Shown here one piece after another: positions 13,560-26,165 of a stretch of 64,000 bases of DNA. Numbering within the stretch: the first letter of the stretch is position 1; every line of letters begins with the position of its first letter. The translations under genes and the position numbers were made by a program. Below the pieces are notes generated by a model. It searched no databases, had not been told where the DNA came from, and saw only the letters and a program-made list of their open reading frames with translations. Source of the stretch: Heterodontus francisci (Eukaryota); contig NC_090399.1 of the NCBI RefSeq assembly GCF_036365525.1, positions 67,078,862 through 67,142,861 of the forward strand, in the 5' to 3' direction.

Positions 13560-16500
13560 CTCTTCCTACCTCCTCCGCTTCTCCTCCTCCTCCTCTTCAT
13601 CCCTCCTCCTCCTCCTCCTCTTCCTGCCTCCTCCTCCTCTCCTCCGCCTCATCTACTCCTCCTCTTCTTCCTGCCTCCACCTCTTCCTGCCTCCTCCTCT
13701 TGGACTCCTCGTCTTCTCGTCCTTCTCTTCCTACCTTCTCCTCTTCCTTCCTCCTCCGCTTCTCCTCCTCCTCCTCTTCCTGCCTCCACTTTTCCTCCCC
13801 CTCTTCTACTCCTCCTCTTCTACTCCTTCTCTTCTACTCCTCTTCCTACCTCATCCTCTTCTACTCCTCATCTCCTCCTCCTCTTCCTGCGTCCTCGTCT
13901 TCCTGCCTCCTCCTCGCCTCCTCCTCCTCCACTTCCTGCCTCCTCCTCCTCCTCTTCTCCTCCTCCTTTTGTCCTCCTCCTCTCCTCCTCTTCCCGCCTC
14001 GTCATCTTCTCCTCCGCCTCATCTACTCCTCCTCATCTCCTCCACCTCTTCCTGTCTCCTCCTCTTCTACTCCTCGTCTTCTCGTCCTCCTCTTCCTATC
14101 TTCTCCTCTGCTTCTCCTCCTCCTCCTCTTCCTGCCTCCACTTTTCCTCCCCCTCTTCTACTCCTCCCCTTCTACTCCTTCTCTTCTACTCCTCCTCTTC
14201 CTACCTCATCCTCTTCTCCTCCTCATCTCCTCCGCCTCTTCTCCTCCCCCTCTTCCTGCCTCCTCATCTTCTTCGTCCTCTTCTTCCTCCTCCTCCTCCT
14301 CTTTGCCTCCACGTCTTCCTGCCTCCTCCTCTTCCTCCCTCCTCCTCTTCTTCGTCCTCTTCTTCCTCCTCTCCTCTACCTGGCTCCTTCTCTTCTTCTC
14401 CTCCTCCTCTTCTTCCTCCTCCTCCTCTTCTTCGTCCCCTTCTTCCTCCTCCTCCTCTTTGCCTCCTCGTCTTCCTGCCTCCTCGTCTTCCTACATCCTC
14501 CTCTTCTCCTCCTCCTCCTCCTCCTCTTCCTGCCTCCTCCTCCTCCTGCCTCCTCCTCTCCTCTACCTGGCTCCTCCTGTTCTTACTCCTCTCCTCCTCC
14601 TCCTCTTCCTGCCTCCTCCGCTTCTCCTCCTCCTCTATCTGCCTTCTCTTCTCCTCCTCTCCTCCTCTTTGCATCCTCCTCTTCTCCTCCTCCTCTTCCT
14701 CCTCCTCCTGCGTCCTCCTTCTCCTGCCTCCTCCTCTCCTCTACNNNNNNNNNNNNNNNNNNNNNNNNNNNNNNNNNNNNNNNNNNNNNNNNNNNNNNNN
14801 NNNNNNNNNNNNNNNNNNNNNNNNNNNNNNNNNNNNNNNNNNNNNNNNNNNNNNNNNNNNNNNNNNNNNNNNNNNNNNNNNNNNNNNCCTCTACCTGGCT
14901 CCTCCTGTTCTCCCTCCTCTCCTCCTCCTCCTCTTCACATCCTCCTCCTCTTCTCCTCCTCCTCTTCCTCCTCCTCCTGCGTCCTCCTCCTCCTGCCTCC
15001 ACCTCTCCTCTACCTGGCTCCTCCTGTTCTTCCTCCTCTCCTCCTCCTCCTCTTCTTCCTGCCTCCTCCGCTTCTCCTCCTCCTCTATCTGCCCTCTTCT
15101 CCTCCTCTCCTCCTCTTCGCCTCCTCCTCTCCTCCTCCTCCTGCCTCCTCCTCTCCTCTACCTGGCTCCTCCTGTTCTTTCTCCTCTTCCTCCTCTTCTC
15201 CTCCTCCTGCGTCTTCCTCTTCCTGCCTCCTCCTCCTCCTCTCAACCTCCTCCTCTCCTCCTCCTCCTGCCTCCTCCTCTCCTCTACCTGGCTCCTCCTG
15301 TTCTTCCTCCTCTCCTTCTCACTCCTCTTCACCTCCTCCTCTTTCTGCCTCCTCTTTTCCTCCTCCTAAGCCTGCTCCTCTTCTTCCTGCTTCCTCCTCC
15401 TGCCTCCTCCTCCTTTTCCTGCCTCCGCTTTTCCTCCCCCTCTTCTCCTGCTCTTCAGCTCCTCCTCTTCCTGCCTCCTCCTCTTCCTACCTCCTCCGCT
15501 TCTCCTGCTCCTCCTCTTCGTCCCTCCTCCTCCTCCTCTTCCTGCCTCCTCCTCCTCCTCTTCCTGCCTCCTCTTCTCCTCCGCCTCATCTACTCCTCCT
15601 CTTCTCCTCCTCCTCTTCCTGCCTCCTCCTCTTGGACTCCTCATCTCATCCACCTCTTCCTGTCTCCTCCTCGTCTTCTCGTCCTTCTCTTCCTACCTTC
15701 TCCTCTTCCTTCCTCCTCCGCTTCTCCTCCTCCTCCTCTTCCTGCCTCCACTTTTCCTCCCCCTCTTCTACTCCTCCTCTTCTACTCCTTCTCTTCTACT
15801 TCTCCTCTTCCTAACTCATCCTCTTCTCCTCCTCCTCATCTCCTCCGCCTCTTCCTGTCTCCTCCTCCTCGCCTCCTCCTCCTCCTCTTCCTGCCTCCTC
15901 CTCCTCTTCTCCTCCTCCTTTTGTCCTCCTCCTCTTCCCGCCTCGTCATCTTCTCCTCCGCCTCATCTACTCCTCGTCTTCTCGTCCTCCTCTTCCTACC
16001 TTCTCCTCTGCTTCTCCTCCTCCTCCTCTTCCTGCCTCCACTTTTCCTCCCCCTCTTCTACTCCTCCCCTTCTACTCCTTCTCTTCTACTCCTCCTCTTC
16101 CTACCTCATCCTCTTCTCCTCCTCCTCATCTCCTCCGCCTCTTCTGCCTCCTCCTCTTCTGCCTCCTCTTCCTGTCCTCTTCATCTTCTCCTCCTCTTCT
16201 TCCTCCTCCTCTTGTCCTCTTCTCCTCCCCCTCTTCCTGCCTCCTCCTCTTCTTCGTCCTCTTCCTCCTCCTCCTCTCCTCCTCCTCTTTGCCTCCACAT
16301 CTTCCTGCCTCCTCCTCTTCCTCCGTCCTCCTCTTCTTCGTCCTCTTCTTCCTCCTCTCCTCTACCTGGCTCCTTCTCTTCTTCTCCTCCTCCTCTTCTT
16401 CATCCTCTTCTTCCTCCTCTCCTCTACCTGGCTCCTTCTCTTCTTCTCCTCCTCCTCTTCTTCCTCCTCCTCCTCTTCTTCGTCCGCTTCTTCCGCCTCC

Positions 16501-19500
16501 TCCTCTCCTCCTCCTCGTCTTCTTGCCTCCTCGTCTTCCTGTCTCCTCCTGTCCTACTCCTCCTGCCTCCTCCTCTCCTCTACCTGGCACCTCCTCTTCC
16601 TCTAATCCTCCTTCTCTTCTTCCTCCTCCTCTTCTTCCTCCTCCTCTTCTTCTTCTCCTCCCCTCCTCTTCTCCTCCTCCTCATCCCCTCCTCCTCTTCC
16701 GGCCTCCTCTTCTTGCCTCCTACTCTTCTGCTCCTCCTCTTCCTGCCTCCTCTTCCTCCTCCTCTTTTTCCTCCTCCTCTTCCTGCCTCCTCCTCTTCCT
16801 GCCTCCTCCTCTTCCTGCCTCCCTGCCTCCTCCTATTCCTGCCTCCTCCTCTTCTCCTCCTCCTCTTCCTCTTCCTGCCTTCCCTCTTCTCCTTGTCATC
16901 TTCCTACCTCCTCTTCTTCCTGCCTCCTCCTATTCTCCTCCTGCTCCTCGTCCTGCCTCTTCCTCTTGTCCTCCTCCTCTTCCTGCCTCCTTCTCTTCTC
17001 CTCCTCCTGCCTCTTCTTCCTGCCTCCTCCTCTTCGCCTCCTCCTCTTCCTGCCTCCTCCTCTTCTTCTCCTCCTCCCCTTCCTGCCTCCGCCTCTTCTT
17101 CCTCCTCCTCTTGTCCTCCTCTTCCTGCCTCCTCCTCCTCTCCTCCTCCTCTTCACCTCCTCGTCTTCCTGCCTCCTCTCCTCCTCCACCTGCCTCCTCC
17201 TCTCCTCTACCTGACTCCTCCTGTTCTTCCCCCTCTCCTCCTCCTCTTCTCCTCCTCCTCTTCTTCATTCTCCCCTTCTTCCTCCTTCTCTTCCTGCTTG
17301 CTCCTCTCATCCTCCTCCTGCCTCCTCCTCTCCTCTACCTGGCTCCTCCTGTTCTTCCTCCTCTCCTCCTCCTCCTCTTCGTCCTCCTCCTACTCTTCCC
17401 CTCCTCCTCTTCTCTTCCTCTTCTTCATCCTCCCCTTCATCCTCCTCCCCTTCTTCCTCCTTCTCTTCCTGCCTCCTCCTCTTCCTGTCTCCTCCACTTC
17501 GCCTTCTCCTTTTCCTTCCTCCTCCTCTTCTTCATCCTCCCCTTCTTCCTCCTCCTCTTCCTGCCTCCTCCTTTTCCTTTTACCTTCTCTTCTTCCTCCT
17601 CCTCTTCTCCACCTCCTCTTCTTCTCCCCNNNNNNNNNNNNNNNNNNNNNNNNNNNNNNNNNNNNNNNNNNNNNNNNNNNNNNNNNNNNNNNNNNNNNNN
17701 NNNNNNNNNNNNNNNNNNNNNNNNNNNNNNNNNNNNNNNNNNNNNNNNNNNNNNNNNNNNNNNNNNNNNNNNNNNCTCTTCCTCCTCTTCTCTTCTCCTC
17801 CTCCTCTTCTCTTCTCCTCCTCCTCCTCTTCTCTTCTTCTTCCTCCTCTTCTCCTGCTCCTCTTCTTCCTCCTCTTCTCCTCCTCTTCTGCCTCATCCTG
17901 TTCTCTTCCTCCTCTTCTCTTCTCCTCCTCCTCTTCTCTTCTCCTCCTCCTCCTCTTCTCTTCTTCCTCCTCTTCTCCTCCTCCTCTTCTTCCTCCTCTT
18001 CTCCGCCTCTTCTTCCTCCTCCTCCTGCGTTCTCCTCTTCCTCCTCCTCCTCGCCCCCTCCTCTTTGCCTCCTCGTCTTCCTGTCTCCTCCTCTCCTCCT
18101 CCTCTTCTCTACCTGGCTCCTCCTCTTCTCTACCTGGCTCCTCCTCTTCTTCCTCCTCCTGATCCTCCTCTTCTTTTCCTCCTCCTCTTCTCCTCTTCTT
18201 CCTCCTCCTCTTCTTCCTCCCCCTCCTCTTCTCCTTTCCTCCTCCTCTTCTCCTCTTCTTGCCTCCACCTCTCCTCTACCTGGCTCCTCCTCTTCTTCCT
18301 AATCCTCCTCCTCTTCCTACCTCCTCCGCTTCTCCTCCTCCTCCTCTTCATCCCTCCTCCTCCTCCTCCTCTTCCTGCCTCCTCCTCCTCTCCTCCGCCT
18401 CATCTACTCCTCCTCTTCTTCCTGCCTCCACCTCTTCCTGCCTCCTCCTCTTGGACTCCTCGTCTTCTCGTCCTTCTCTTCCTACCTTCTCCTCTTCCAT
18501 CCTCCTCCGCTTCTCCTCCTCCTCCTCTTCCTGCCTCCACTTTTCCTCCCCCTCTTCTACTCCTCCTCTTCTACTCCTTCTCTTCTACTCCTCTTCCTAC
18601 CTCATCCTCTTCTCCTCCTCCTCTTCCTGCGTCCTCCTCTTCCTGCCTCCTCCTCCTCTCCTCCTCTTCGCCTCCTCGTCTTCCTGCCTCCTCCTCGCCT
18701 CCTCCTCCTCCACTTCCTGCCTCCTCCTCCTCCTCTTCTCCTTCTCCTTTTGTCCTCCTCCTCTCCTCCTCTTCCCGCCTCGTCATCTTCTCCTCCGCCT
18801 CATCTACTCCTCCTCATCTCCTCCACCTCTTCCTGTCTCCTCCTCTTCTACTCCTCGTCTTCTCGTCCTCCTCTTCCTATCTTCTCCTCTGCTTCTCCTC
18901 CTCCTCCTCTTCCTGCCTCCACTTTTCCTCCCCCTCTTCTACTCCTCCCCTTCTACTCCTTCTCTTCTACTCCTCCTCTTCCTACCTCATCCTCTTCTCC
19001 TCCTCCTCATCTCCTCCGCCTCTTCTCCTCCCCCTCTTCCTGCCTCCTCATCTTCTTCGTCCTCTTCTTCCTCCTCCTCCTCTCCTCCTCCTCTTTGCCT
19101 CCACGTCTTCCTGCCTCCTCCTCTTCCTCCCTCCTCCTCTTCTTCGTCCTCTTCTTCCTCCTCTCCTCTACCTGGTTCCTTCTCTTCTTCTCCTCCTCCT
19201 CTTCTTCCTCCTCCTCCTCTTCTTCGTCCCCTTCTTCCTCCTCCTCCTCTTTGCCTCCTCGTCTTCCTGCCTCCTCGTCTTCCTACATCCTCCTCTTCTC
19301 CTCCTCCTCCTCCTCTTCCTGCCTCCTCCTCCTGCCTCCTCCTCTCCTCTACCTGGCTCCTCCTGTTCTTACTCCTCTCCTCCTCCTCCTCTTCCTGCCT
19401 CCTCCGCTTCTCCTCCTCCTCTATCTGCCTTCTCTTCTCCTCCTCTCCTCCTCTTCGCATCCTCCTCTTCTCCTCCTCCTCTTCCTCCTCCTCCTGCGTC

Positions 19501-22500
19501 CTCCTTCTCCTGCCTCCTCCTCTCCTCTACNNNNNNNNNNNNNNNNNNNNNNNNNNNNNNNNNNNNNNNNNNNNNNNNNNNNNNNNNNNNNNNNNNNNNN
19601 NNNNNNNNNNNNNNNNNNNNNNNNNNNNNNNNNNNNNNNNNNNNNNNNNNNNNNNNNNNNNNNNNNNCCTCTACNNNNNNNNNNNNNNNNNNNNNNNNNN
19701 NNNNNNNNNNNNNNNNNNNNNNNNNNNNNNNNNNNNNNNNNNNNNNNNNNNNNNNNNNNNNNNNNNNNNNNNNNNNNNNNNNNNNNNNNNNNNNNNNNNN
19801 NNNNNNNNNNNNNNNNNCCTCTACCTGGCTCCTCCTGTTCTCCCTCCTCTCCTCCTCCTCCTCTTCACATCCTCCTCCTCTTCTCCTCCTCCTCTTCCTC
19901 CTCCTCCTGCGTCCTCCTCCTCCTGCCTCCACCTCTCCTCTACCTGGCTCCTCCTGTTCTCCCTCCTCTCCTCCTCCTCCTCTTCACATCCTCCTCCTCT
20001 TCTCCTCCTCCTCTTCCTCCTCCTCCTGCGTCCTCCTTCTCCTGCCTCCTCCTCTCCTCTACCTGGCTCCTCCTGTTCTCCCTCCTCTCCTCCTCCTCCT
20101 CTTCACATCCTCCTCCTCTTCTCCTCCTCCTCTTCCTCCTCCTCCTGCGTCCTCCTCCTGCCTCCACCTCTCCTCTACCTGGCTCCTCCTGTTCTCCCTC
20201 CTCTCCTCCTCCTCCTCTTCACATCCTCCTCCTCTTCTCCTCCTCCTCTTCCTCCTCCTCCTGCGTCCTCCTCCTGCCTCCACCTCTCCTCTACCTGGCT
20301 CCTCCTGTTCTTCCTCCTGTCCTCCTCCTCCTCTTCTTCCTGCCTCCTCCGCTTCTCCTCCTCCTCTATCTGCCCTCTTCTCCTCCTCTCCTCCTCTTCG
20401 CCTCCTCCTCTCCTCCTCCTCCTGCCTCCTCCTCTCCTCTACCTGGCTCCTCCTGTTCTTTCTCCTCTTCCTCCTCCTCCTCTTCTCCTCCTCCTGCGTC
20501 TTCCTCTTCCTGCCTCCTCCTCCTCCTCTCAACCTCCTCCTCTCCTCCTCCTCCTGCCTCCTCCTCTCCTCTACCTGGCTCCTCCTGTTCTTCCTCCTCT
20601 CCTTCTCACTCCTCTTCACCTCCTCCTCTTTCTGCCTCCTCTTTTCCTCCTCCTAAGCCTGCTCCTCTTCTTCCTGCTTCCTCCTCCTGCCTCCTCCTCC
20701 TTTTCCTGTCTCCGCTTTTCCTCCCCCTCTTCTCCTGCTCTTCAGCTCCTCCTCTTCCTGCCTCCTCCTCTTCCTACCTCCTCCGCTTCTCCTGCTCCTC
20801 CTCTTCGTCCCTCCTCCTCCTCCTCTTCCTGCCTCCTCCTCCTCCTCTTCCTGCCTCCTCCTCCTCCTCTTCCTGCCTCCTCTTCTCCTCCGCCTCATCT
20901 ACTCCTCCTCTTCTCCTCCTCCTCTTCCTGCCTCCTCCTCTTGGACTCCTCATCTCATCCACCTCTTCCTGTCTCCTCCTCGTCTTCTCGTCCTTCTCTT
21001 CCTACCTTCTCCTCTTCCTTCCTCCTCCGCTTCTCCTCCTCCTCCTCTTCCTGCCTCCACTTTTCCTCCCCCTCTTCTACTCCTCCTCTTCTACTCCTTC
21101 TCTTCTACTTCTCCTCTTCCTAACTCATCCTCTTCTCCTCCTCCTCATCTCCTCCGCCTCTTCCTGTCTCCTCCTCCTCGCCTCCTCCTCCTCCTCTTCC
21201 TGCCTCCTCTTCCTCTTCTCCTCCTCCTTTTGTCCTCCTCCTCTTCCCGCCTCGTCATCTTCTCCTCCGCCTCATCTACTCCTCGTCTTCTCGTCCTCCT
21301 CTTCCTACCTTCTCCTCTGCTTCTCCTCCTCCTCCTCTTCCTGCCTCCACTTTTCCTCCCCCTCTTCTACTCCTCCCCTTCTACTCCTTCTCTTCTACTC
21401 CTCCTCTTCCTACCTCATCCTCTTCTCCTCCTCCTCATCTCCTCCGCCTCTTCTGCCTCCTCCTCTTCTGCCTCCTCTTCCTGTCCTCTTCATCTTCTCC
21501 TCCTCTTCTTCCTCCTCCTCTTGTCCTCTTCTCCTCCCCCTCTTCCTGCCTCCTCCTCTTCTTCGTCCTCTTCCTCCTCCTCCTCTCCTCCTCCTCTTTG
21601 CCTCCACATCTTCCTGCCTCCTCCTCTTCCTCCGTCCTCCTCTTCTTCGTCCTCTTCTTCCTCCTCTCCTCTACCTGGCTCCTTCTCTTCTTCTCCTCCT
21701 CCTCTTCTTCGTCCTCTTCTTCCTCCTCTCCTCTACCTGGCTCCTTCTCTTCTTCTCCTCCTCCTCTTCTTCCTCCTCCTCCTCTTCTTCGTCCGCTTCT
21801 TCCGCCTCCTCCTCTCCTCCTCCTCGTCTTCTTGCCTCCTCGTCTTCCTGTCTCCTCCTGTCCTACTCCTCCTGCCTCCTCCTCTCCTCTACCTGGCACC
21901 TCCTCTTCCTCTAATCCTCCTTCTCTTCTTCCTCCTCCTCTTCTTCCTCCTCCTCTTCTTCTTCTCCTCCCCTCCTCTTCTCCTCCTCCTCATCCCCTCC
22001 TCCTCTTCCGGCCTCCTCTTCTTGCCTCCTACTCTTCTGCTCCTCCTCTTCCTGCCTCCTCTTCCTCCTCCTCTTTTTCCTCCTCCTCTTCCTGCCTCCT
22101 CCTCTTCCTGCCTCCTCCTCTTCCTGCCTCCCTGCCTCCTCCTATTCCTGCCTCCTCCTCTTCTCCTCCTCCTCTTCCTCTTCCTGCCTTCCCTCTTCTC
22201 CTTGTCATCTTCCTACCTCCTCTTCTTCCTGCCTCCTCCTATTCTCCTCCTGCTCCTCGTCCTGCCTCTTCCTCTTGTCCTCCTCCTCTTCCTGCCTCCT
22301 TCTCTTCTCCTCCTCCTGCCTCTTCTTCCTGCCTCCTCCTCTTCGCCTCCTCCTCTTCCTGCCTCCTCCTCTTCTTCTCCTCCTCCCCTTCCTGCCTCCG
22401 CCTCTTCTTCCTCCTCCTCTTGTCCTCTTCTTCCTGCCTCCTCCTCCTCTCCTCCTCCTCTTCACCTCCTCGTCTTCCTGCCTCCTCTCCTCCTCCACCT

Positions 22501-23610
22501 GCCTCCTCCTCTCCTCTACCTGACTCCTCCTGTTCTTCCCCCTCTCCTCCTCCTCTTCTCCTCCTCCTCTTCTTCATTCTCCCCTTCTTCCTCCTTCTCT
22601 TCCTGCTTGCTCCTCTCATCCTCCTCCTGCCTCCTCCTCTCCTCTACCTGGCTCCTCCTGTTCTTCCTCCTCTCCTCCTCCTCCTCTTCGTCCTCCTCCT
22701 ACTCTTCCCCTCCTCCTCTTCTCTTCCTCTTCTTCATCCTCCCCTTCATCCTCCTCCCCTTCTTCCTCCTTCTCTTCCTGCCTCCTCCTCTTCCTGTCTC
22801 CTCCACTTCGCCTTCTCCTTTTCCTTCCTCCTCCTCTTCTTCATCCTCCCCTTCTTCCTCCTCCTCTTCCTGCCTCCTCCTTTTCCTTTTACCTTCTCTT
22901 CTTCCTCCTCCTCTTCTCCACCTCCTCTTCTTCTCCCCNNNNNNNNNNNNNNNNNNNNNNNNNNNNNNNNNNNNNNNNNNNNNNNNNNNNNNNNNNNNNN
23001 NNNNNNNNNNNNNNNNNNNNNNNNNNNNNNNNNNNNNNNNNNNNNNNNNNNNNNNNNNNNNNNNNNNNNNNNNNNNNNNNNNNNCTCTTCCTCCTCTTCT
23101 CTTCTCCTCCTCCTCTTCTCTTCTCCTCCTCCTCCTCTTCTCTTCTTCTTCCTCCTCTTCTCCTGCTCCTCTTCTTCCTCCTCTTCTCCTCCTCTTCTGC
23201 CTCATCCTGTTCTCTTCCTCCTCTTCTCTTCTCCTCCTCCTCTTCTCTTCTCCTCCTCCTCCTCTTCTCTTCTTCCTCCTCTTCTCCTCCTCCTCTTCTT
23301 CCTCCTCTTCTCCGCCTCTTCTTCCTCCTCCTCCTGCGTTCTCCTCTTCCTCCTCCTCCTCGCCCCCTCCTCTTTGCCTCCTCGTCTTCCTGTCTCCTCC
23401 TCTCCTCCTCCTCTTCTCTACCTGGCTCCTCCTCTTCTCTACCTGGCTCCTCCTCTTCTTCCTCCTCCTGATCCTCCTCTTCTTTTCCTCCTCCTCTTCT
23501 CCTCTTCTTCCTCCTCCTCTTCTTCCTCCCCCTCCTCTTCTCCTTTCCTCCTCCTCTTCTCCTCTTCTTGCCTCCACCTCTCCTCTACCTGGCTCCTCCT
23601 CTTCTTCCTA
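13560..23610. repeat. Second higher-order duplication inside the pyrimidine tract (~4.7-5.3-kb unit, 2 copies), with a nested ~120-bp tandem sub-repeat near 19820-20300
   Basis: Matching ORF-track peptides offset by 5309 bp (16289/21598, 17390/22699); 146-N runs at 17630 and 22939; boundaries approximate. Confidence 0.85.
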
Positions 23611-23986
23611 ATCCTCCTCTTCTTCCTCCTTCTCCTCGTCTCCTCTTCTTCTTCCTCCTCCTCCTCTTCTCCTCTTTTCCTCCTCCTCCTCTTCTCCTCT
23701 TTTCCTCCTCCTCCTCTTCGCCTCCTCCTCTCCTCCTCTTCTTCCTCCTCTTTTCCTCCTCCTCCTCTTCTCCTCCTTTTCTCCTCCTCTTCTCCTCCCC
23801 CTCTTCCTCCTCCTCCTCTTCTCCTCCTCCTCCTCTTCGCCTCCTCCTNNNNNNNNNNNNNNNNNNNNNNNNNNNNNNNNNNNNNNNNNNNNNNNNNNNN
23901 NNNNNNNNNNNNNNNNNNNNNNNNNNNNNNNNNNNNNNNNNNNNNNNNNNNNNNNNNNNNNNNNNNNNNNNNNNNNNNNNNNNNNN

Positions 23987-26165
23987 CAGAGGTAGCCATT
24001 GAGTACCTGCTTCCCAGGGCTGCATTCTGCTGTTGGTGAGGTTATGAATGACCACTATGAAACTGGACACACGCTCTGTTGCGTTGTGGTGGGCTCCTCT
24101 TGCTCCCTCGCCTGCTCCTGGCAGCGGAACCGTTACTTCAGGGTGCCAATGGTTTACTCCATGACGTTCCTGGTGGCAGCATGGCTCCCACTGCAGGCAC
24201 CATGCCGTTGCCTGACTGGCAGTGGATGGGTGTCATTGCCCGGGTGTACAGCGGGTATCTCATCACCCAGCAGCCAGCCTCTGCTTTTTCATGGTGTCTC
24301 AAAGATGGCTGGTATGGCTGACTGCCGCTGGGTGAAGGTGTCTGGGCTGCTTCCAAGAGAGCAGGCATTCACTGAGAGGATCTTTCCATCATGTTCACAA
24401 ACTAACTGGAGCTGATAGAGCGGTAGCCTTTACAGTCATCCCCGTGAACATGTGGGGCCCACAGAGCCACATGTATACAGTCAATTGCTCCCTGCACATT
24501 GAGCATCTCCTCAGCCTGGCTAATCCACGTGCTGCCTCACTCTGCTTCTCTCTGGTCAGTGAGAAGACCATCGTCCCCTCTCTTTCTATACAGGCCGTCT
24601 GTCACCTCCCTGATACAGTGAAGGGTGGTGAACTGCGAGATGTTGCTGATGTCGCCTGTTCCCACCGGGAAGGATTCACTGACGTAGAAATTGTGGGTAA
24701 ATGTGACCTTAATGGCCAATGGCAGAGTCGACCTGTGAGAACAAAGAGTACAGCACAGGAACAGGCCATTCGGCCCTCCTAGCCTGCGCCGATCTTGATG
24801 TCTGCCTAAACTAACACCTTCTGCACTTCCGGGGCCCATATCCCTCTATTCCCTTTCTATTCATGTATTTGTCAAGATGTCTCTTAAATGTCGTTATCGT
24901 ATCTGCTTCCACCACCTCCCCTGGCAGCAAGTTCCAGGCACTCACCACCCTCTGTGTAAAGAACTTGCCTCGCACATCCCCTCTAAACTTTGCCCCTCTC
25001 ACCTTAAACCTATGTCCCCTAGTAACTGACTCTTCCACCCTGGGAAAAAGCTTCTGACTATCCACTCTGTCCATGCCGCTCATAACTTTGTAAACCTCTA
25101 TCATGTCACCCCTCCACCTCCGTCGTTCCAGTGAAAACAATCCGAGTTTATCCAACCTCTCCTTATAGCTAATGCCCTCCAGACCAGGAAACATCCTGGT
25201 CAACCTCTTCTGTACCCTCTCCAAAGCCTCCACATCCTTCTGGTAGTGTGGCGACCAGAATTGCACGCAATATTCTAAGTGTGGCCAAACTAAAGTTCTG
25301 TACAGCTGCAGCATGACTTGCCAATTTTTATACTCTATGCCCCGACCGATGAAGGCAAGCATGCCGTATGCCTTCTTGACTACCTTATCCACCTACGTTG
25401 CCACTTTCAGTGACCTGTGGACCTGTACACCCAGATCTCTGCCTGTCAATACTCCTAAGGGTTCTGCCATTTACTGTATACTTCCCACCTGCATTAGACC
25501 TTCCAAAATGCATTACCTCACATTTGTCCGGATTAAACTCCATCTGCCATTTCTCCACCCAAGTCTCCAACCGATCTATATCCTGCTGTATCCTCTGACA
25601 ATCCTCATCACTATCCGCAACTCCACCAACCTTTGTGTCGTCTGCAAACGTACTGATCAGACCAGCTACATTTTCCTCCAAATCATTTATATATACTACA
25701 AACAGCAAAGGTCCCAGCACTGATCCCTGCGGAACACCACTAGTCACATCCCTCCATTCAGAAAAGCACCCTTCCACTGCTACCCTCTGTCTTCTATGAC
25801 CGAGACAGTTCTGTATCCATCTTGCCAGCTCACCTCTGATCCTATGTGAGGTTGGAGGTCAAGTTGTAGGAGGTGGCACAGTTCAGTCACCACCTGCTTG
25901 GTGAAACCCACGCACCTTGCCCACTGCTCCTGCTGCAATGGAGGCTGCAGAATTGCTCCCTAAAAATCCTCGGTGTGTTGGGCCTTCTATTGAGAGCCCT
26001 CTCCATCATCATTCTGCAGAGAACTTCCCCTGGCAGACTGAGCTCCATTTCCAAATCATTCTGCAGCTCAGGAGGGCCTGCAGCTATCGCCCCCACTACT
26101 TTAGCAGACTTTCCCTCGACAGGGCTGCAAACTCCTCTGACCTCCTCGGCAGGATCCAGCATCGC
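23987..26165 (-). pseudogene. PIF/Harbinger (HARBI1-like) DDE transposase pseudogene, split by a CR1 insertion
   Basis: Minus-strand motifs RALNRRPNTPRIFREQF, VVTELCHLLQLDLQP|HRSTLPLAIKV..GDISNISQ..CIREVTDGL, QGAIDCIHV (24468-24494), WLLGDE, NVME*TIGTLK*RFRC, IHNL; has stops and frameshifts; 5' limit approximate. Confidence 0.88.
24740..25844 (-). mobile_element. CR1 LINE, 5'-truncated (~1.1 kb), same subfamily as the fragments in the 3.3-kb unit
   Basis: RT motifs GVPQGSVLGPLLF and FADDTK; C-terminus HLEYCVQFWSP; flanked by TGTGAG at 24734-24739 and 25845-25850; removing it restores the Harbinger frame DLQPHRSTLP. Confidence 0.95.

Larger units (their letters stand above)
1..23986. repeat. 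Giant polypyrimidine/polypurine low-complexity tract (cryptic TCC/TTC/CCTG repeats), interrupted by SINE/CR1 inserts and N-runs
   Basis: Plus strand is almost entirely C/T, with recurring words CCTCCTCTTCCTGCCTCC and CTCCTCTACCTGGCTCC; runs off the left window edge. Confidence 0.97.

Noticed and set aside
2092-23986. Ten N-runs of 137-171 bp as possible hidden conserved elements
   Set aside because: Lengths are identical in paralogous positions (171x3, 146x2, 143x2) and all lie in low-complexity context, which suggests masking rather than true gaps; their content cannot be read
27-24039. Very long P/S/L/F-rich ORFs (up to 2154 aa) and E/R/G/K-rich antisense ORFs
   Set aside because: C/T-only sequence cannot form stop codons; all frames are open, and duplicated copies differ by frame-breaking indels
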